A stretch of DNA of 63,398 nucleotides, filler included, from Globobulimina sp. (Eukaryota), in assembly GCA_003354225.1 (NCBI GenBank). It is 52 parts of 52 records of this genome, joined end to end, with 100 filler letters (N's around TTAATTAATTAA, not from the genome) between each part and the next. Parts side by side here need not be neighbours in the genome. Positions count along the whole stretch, not along the records: positions 62,279 to 63,398 come from PIVH01022997.1; 51 more parts are not named here. One strand, given 5' to 3'. The notes below the pieces were generated by a model, which made no database searches, was not told where the DNA came from, and saw only the letters and a program-made list of their open reading frames with translations. The translations under genes were made by a program, and so were the position numbers. Positions 62,179 to 63,398 of this stretch are shown piece after piece. Position 1 is the stretch's first letter. Each line of letters starts with the position of its first letter.

Positions 62179-63398
62179 NNNNNNNNNNNNNNNNNNNNNN
62201 NNNNNNNNNNNNNNNNNNNNNNTTAATTAATTAANNNNNNNNNNNNNNNNNNNNNNNNNNNNNNNNNNNNNNNNNNNNTTTGGGCTACTTGGATGATATG
62301 ATTGCCGACTTTTCGACGCAGCATCGTCTGCTGTTAAATCTTCGACCGATCTCGACGTTCTGGGCGTGTCCAACGTTGTTTCACGACGGCTAGAAATTTT
62401 GTCTTGCCCGCAGACCCGAAGCCAAGCTACTCGATGATTTAGACGTATTAGCACGTGTATTGTGACGCGGTATCTGACTACTTGGTGTGTCAGACATAAT
62501 TATATGTATCAAGTCGTTTTTCGCAGGGGAATGGTCTTCAGATTTTGCTGCACCGTCAATCTGCGGTCGCTTTTACACATATATGATACAAAACAACGCA
62601 AGTCAACTGCCACCACTTGTAACAGTAAAACTATGAACTACTATAATGTCAACAAATAGGCCACTCGTGAGTCCAACTCAAGGAGAACCAAAAGTGCTGA
62701 CAGTAGTAACACAGAGTACTGTTAGCTGTGATGAGTAGATGAAATACGATGCCGAGAGCAATAAATATAAAAACGGCTCACTCAGAAAATACTACTACTA
62801 AATTGCATATTAAAAGGTGTACCTGATTGGTTCAATAAACTTTCTTTATGAGCACAATAAAATAAGCAGTAGTTCTGAATAATAACAAAATGAGCAATCG
62901 CACGAACCCTACTACTTAACTGACAATAATCATTTGTATCAAAACAAGGTCGTAACGTTTACAGTTTGATAAGTCACTGCACGATGATAGTATGCAAATA
63001 TTCTTTTCAGTAATGAATTGGCAAGACGGCGTCAAAACGGAGTGGCGTTGCATAAATTAGTGTCGATTTGCCGGCACTCGAGCTGCTACCGTAGATTTAT
63101 GATTCTGTATTGGCATCTGTCATGCACGTCAATTGCTGGAGGACGCATGAATACGGCGCAGAGCTGATCTTTTGAGCACTTGATAATTTCAAAGCATTTG
63201 ATATTATATGCCTTCCTGCCCTTCTTTTGATGTTCTTGAGTTGTTGCCCCACTTCTGGAAGATTGAATGTACTCATCAACGTGAAAATAGACTTGATTTA
63301 AACTAATTCCTGACATTAAAGAAAATAACTTGACCTCCATATATGTTACCATCATACTGGTTATTGTTGTCTTAAAGAGACAAATTTAATATACTATA

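Overview
This is not a contiguous locus. It is 52 unrelated short contigs, sorted by length (1122, 1121, then 1120 bp) and joined by an artificial 100-nt spacer (N44-TTAATTAATTAA-N44). Synteny across spacers is meaningless and most genes are partial. Most contigs look like an AT-rich, intron-containing protist: short 38-110 nt GT-AG introns, a flagellar CFAP52, MATH, kelch-type, 7TM, TPR and PPR families, and an 'LVFGYIR..IP.DI' motif. Foraminifera/Rhizaria is my inference only. Mixed in are bacterial contigs (an AT-rich ffh 5' end; a sulfatase/ettA/histidine-kinase chimera) and a few possibly metazoan contigs. Recognisable genes: CFAP52, delta-12 desaturase, TauE, BAR-PH, S53/TPP1 (scrambled, on a terminally redundant contig), OST-alpha, thiolase, FAD monooxygenase, class I/II aminotransferase, and BTB and Zn2Cys6 proteins that only appear after splicing. 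Mobile elements: two LINE APE endonucleases, a Gypsy integrase, a MULE N-terminus, a Crypton-like tyrosine recombinase and a DIRS/Ngaro-like fragment. Best leads: a spliced pogo-tail/OTU/PHD gene, a possible spliced OST-alpha/thiolase fusion or operon-like pair, the three-exon Zn2Cys6 factor, and a satellite family with a palindromic core. No rRNA, tRNA or CRISPR array was recognised.
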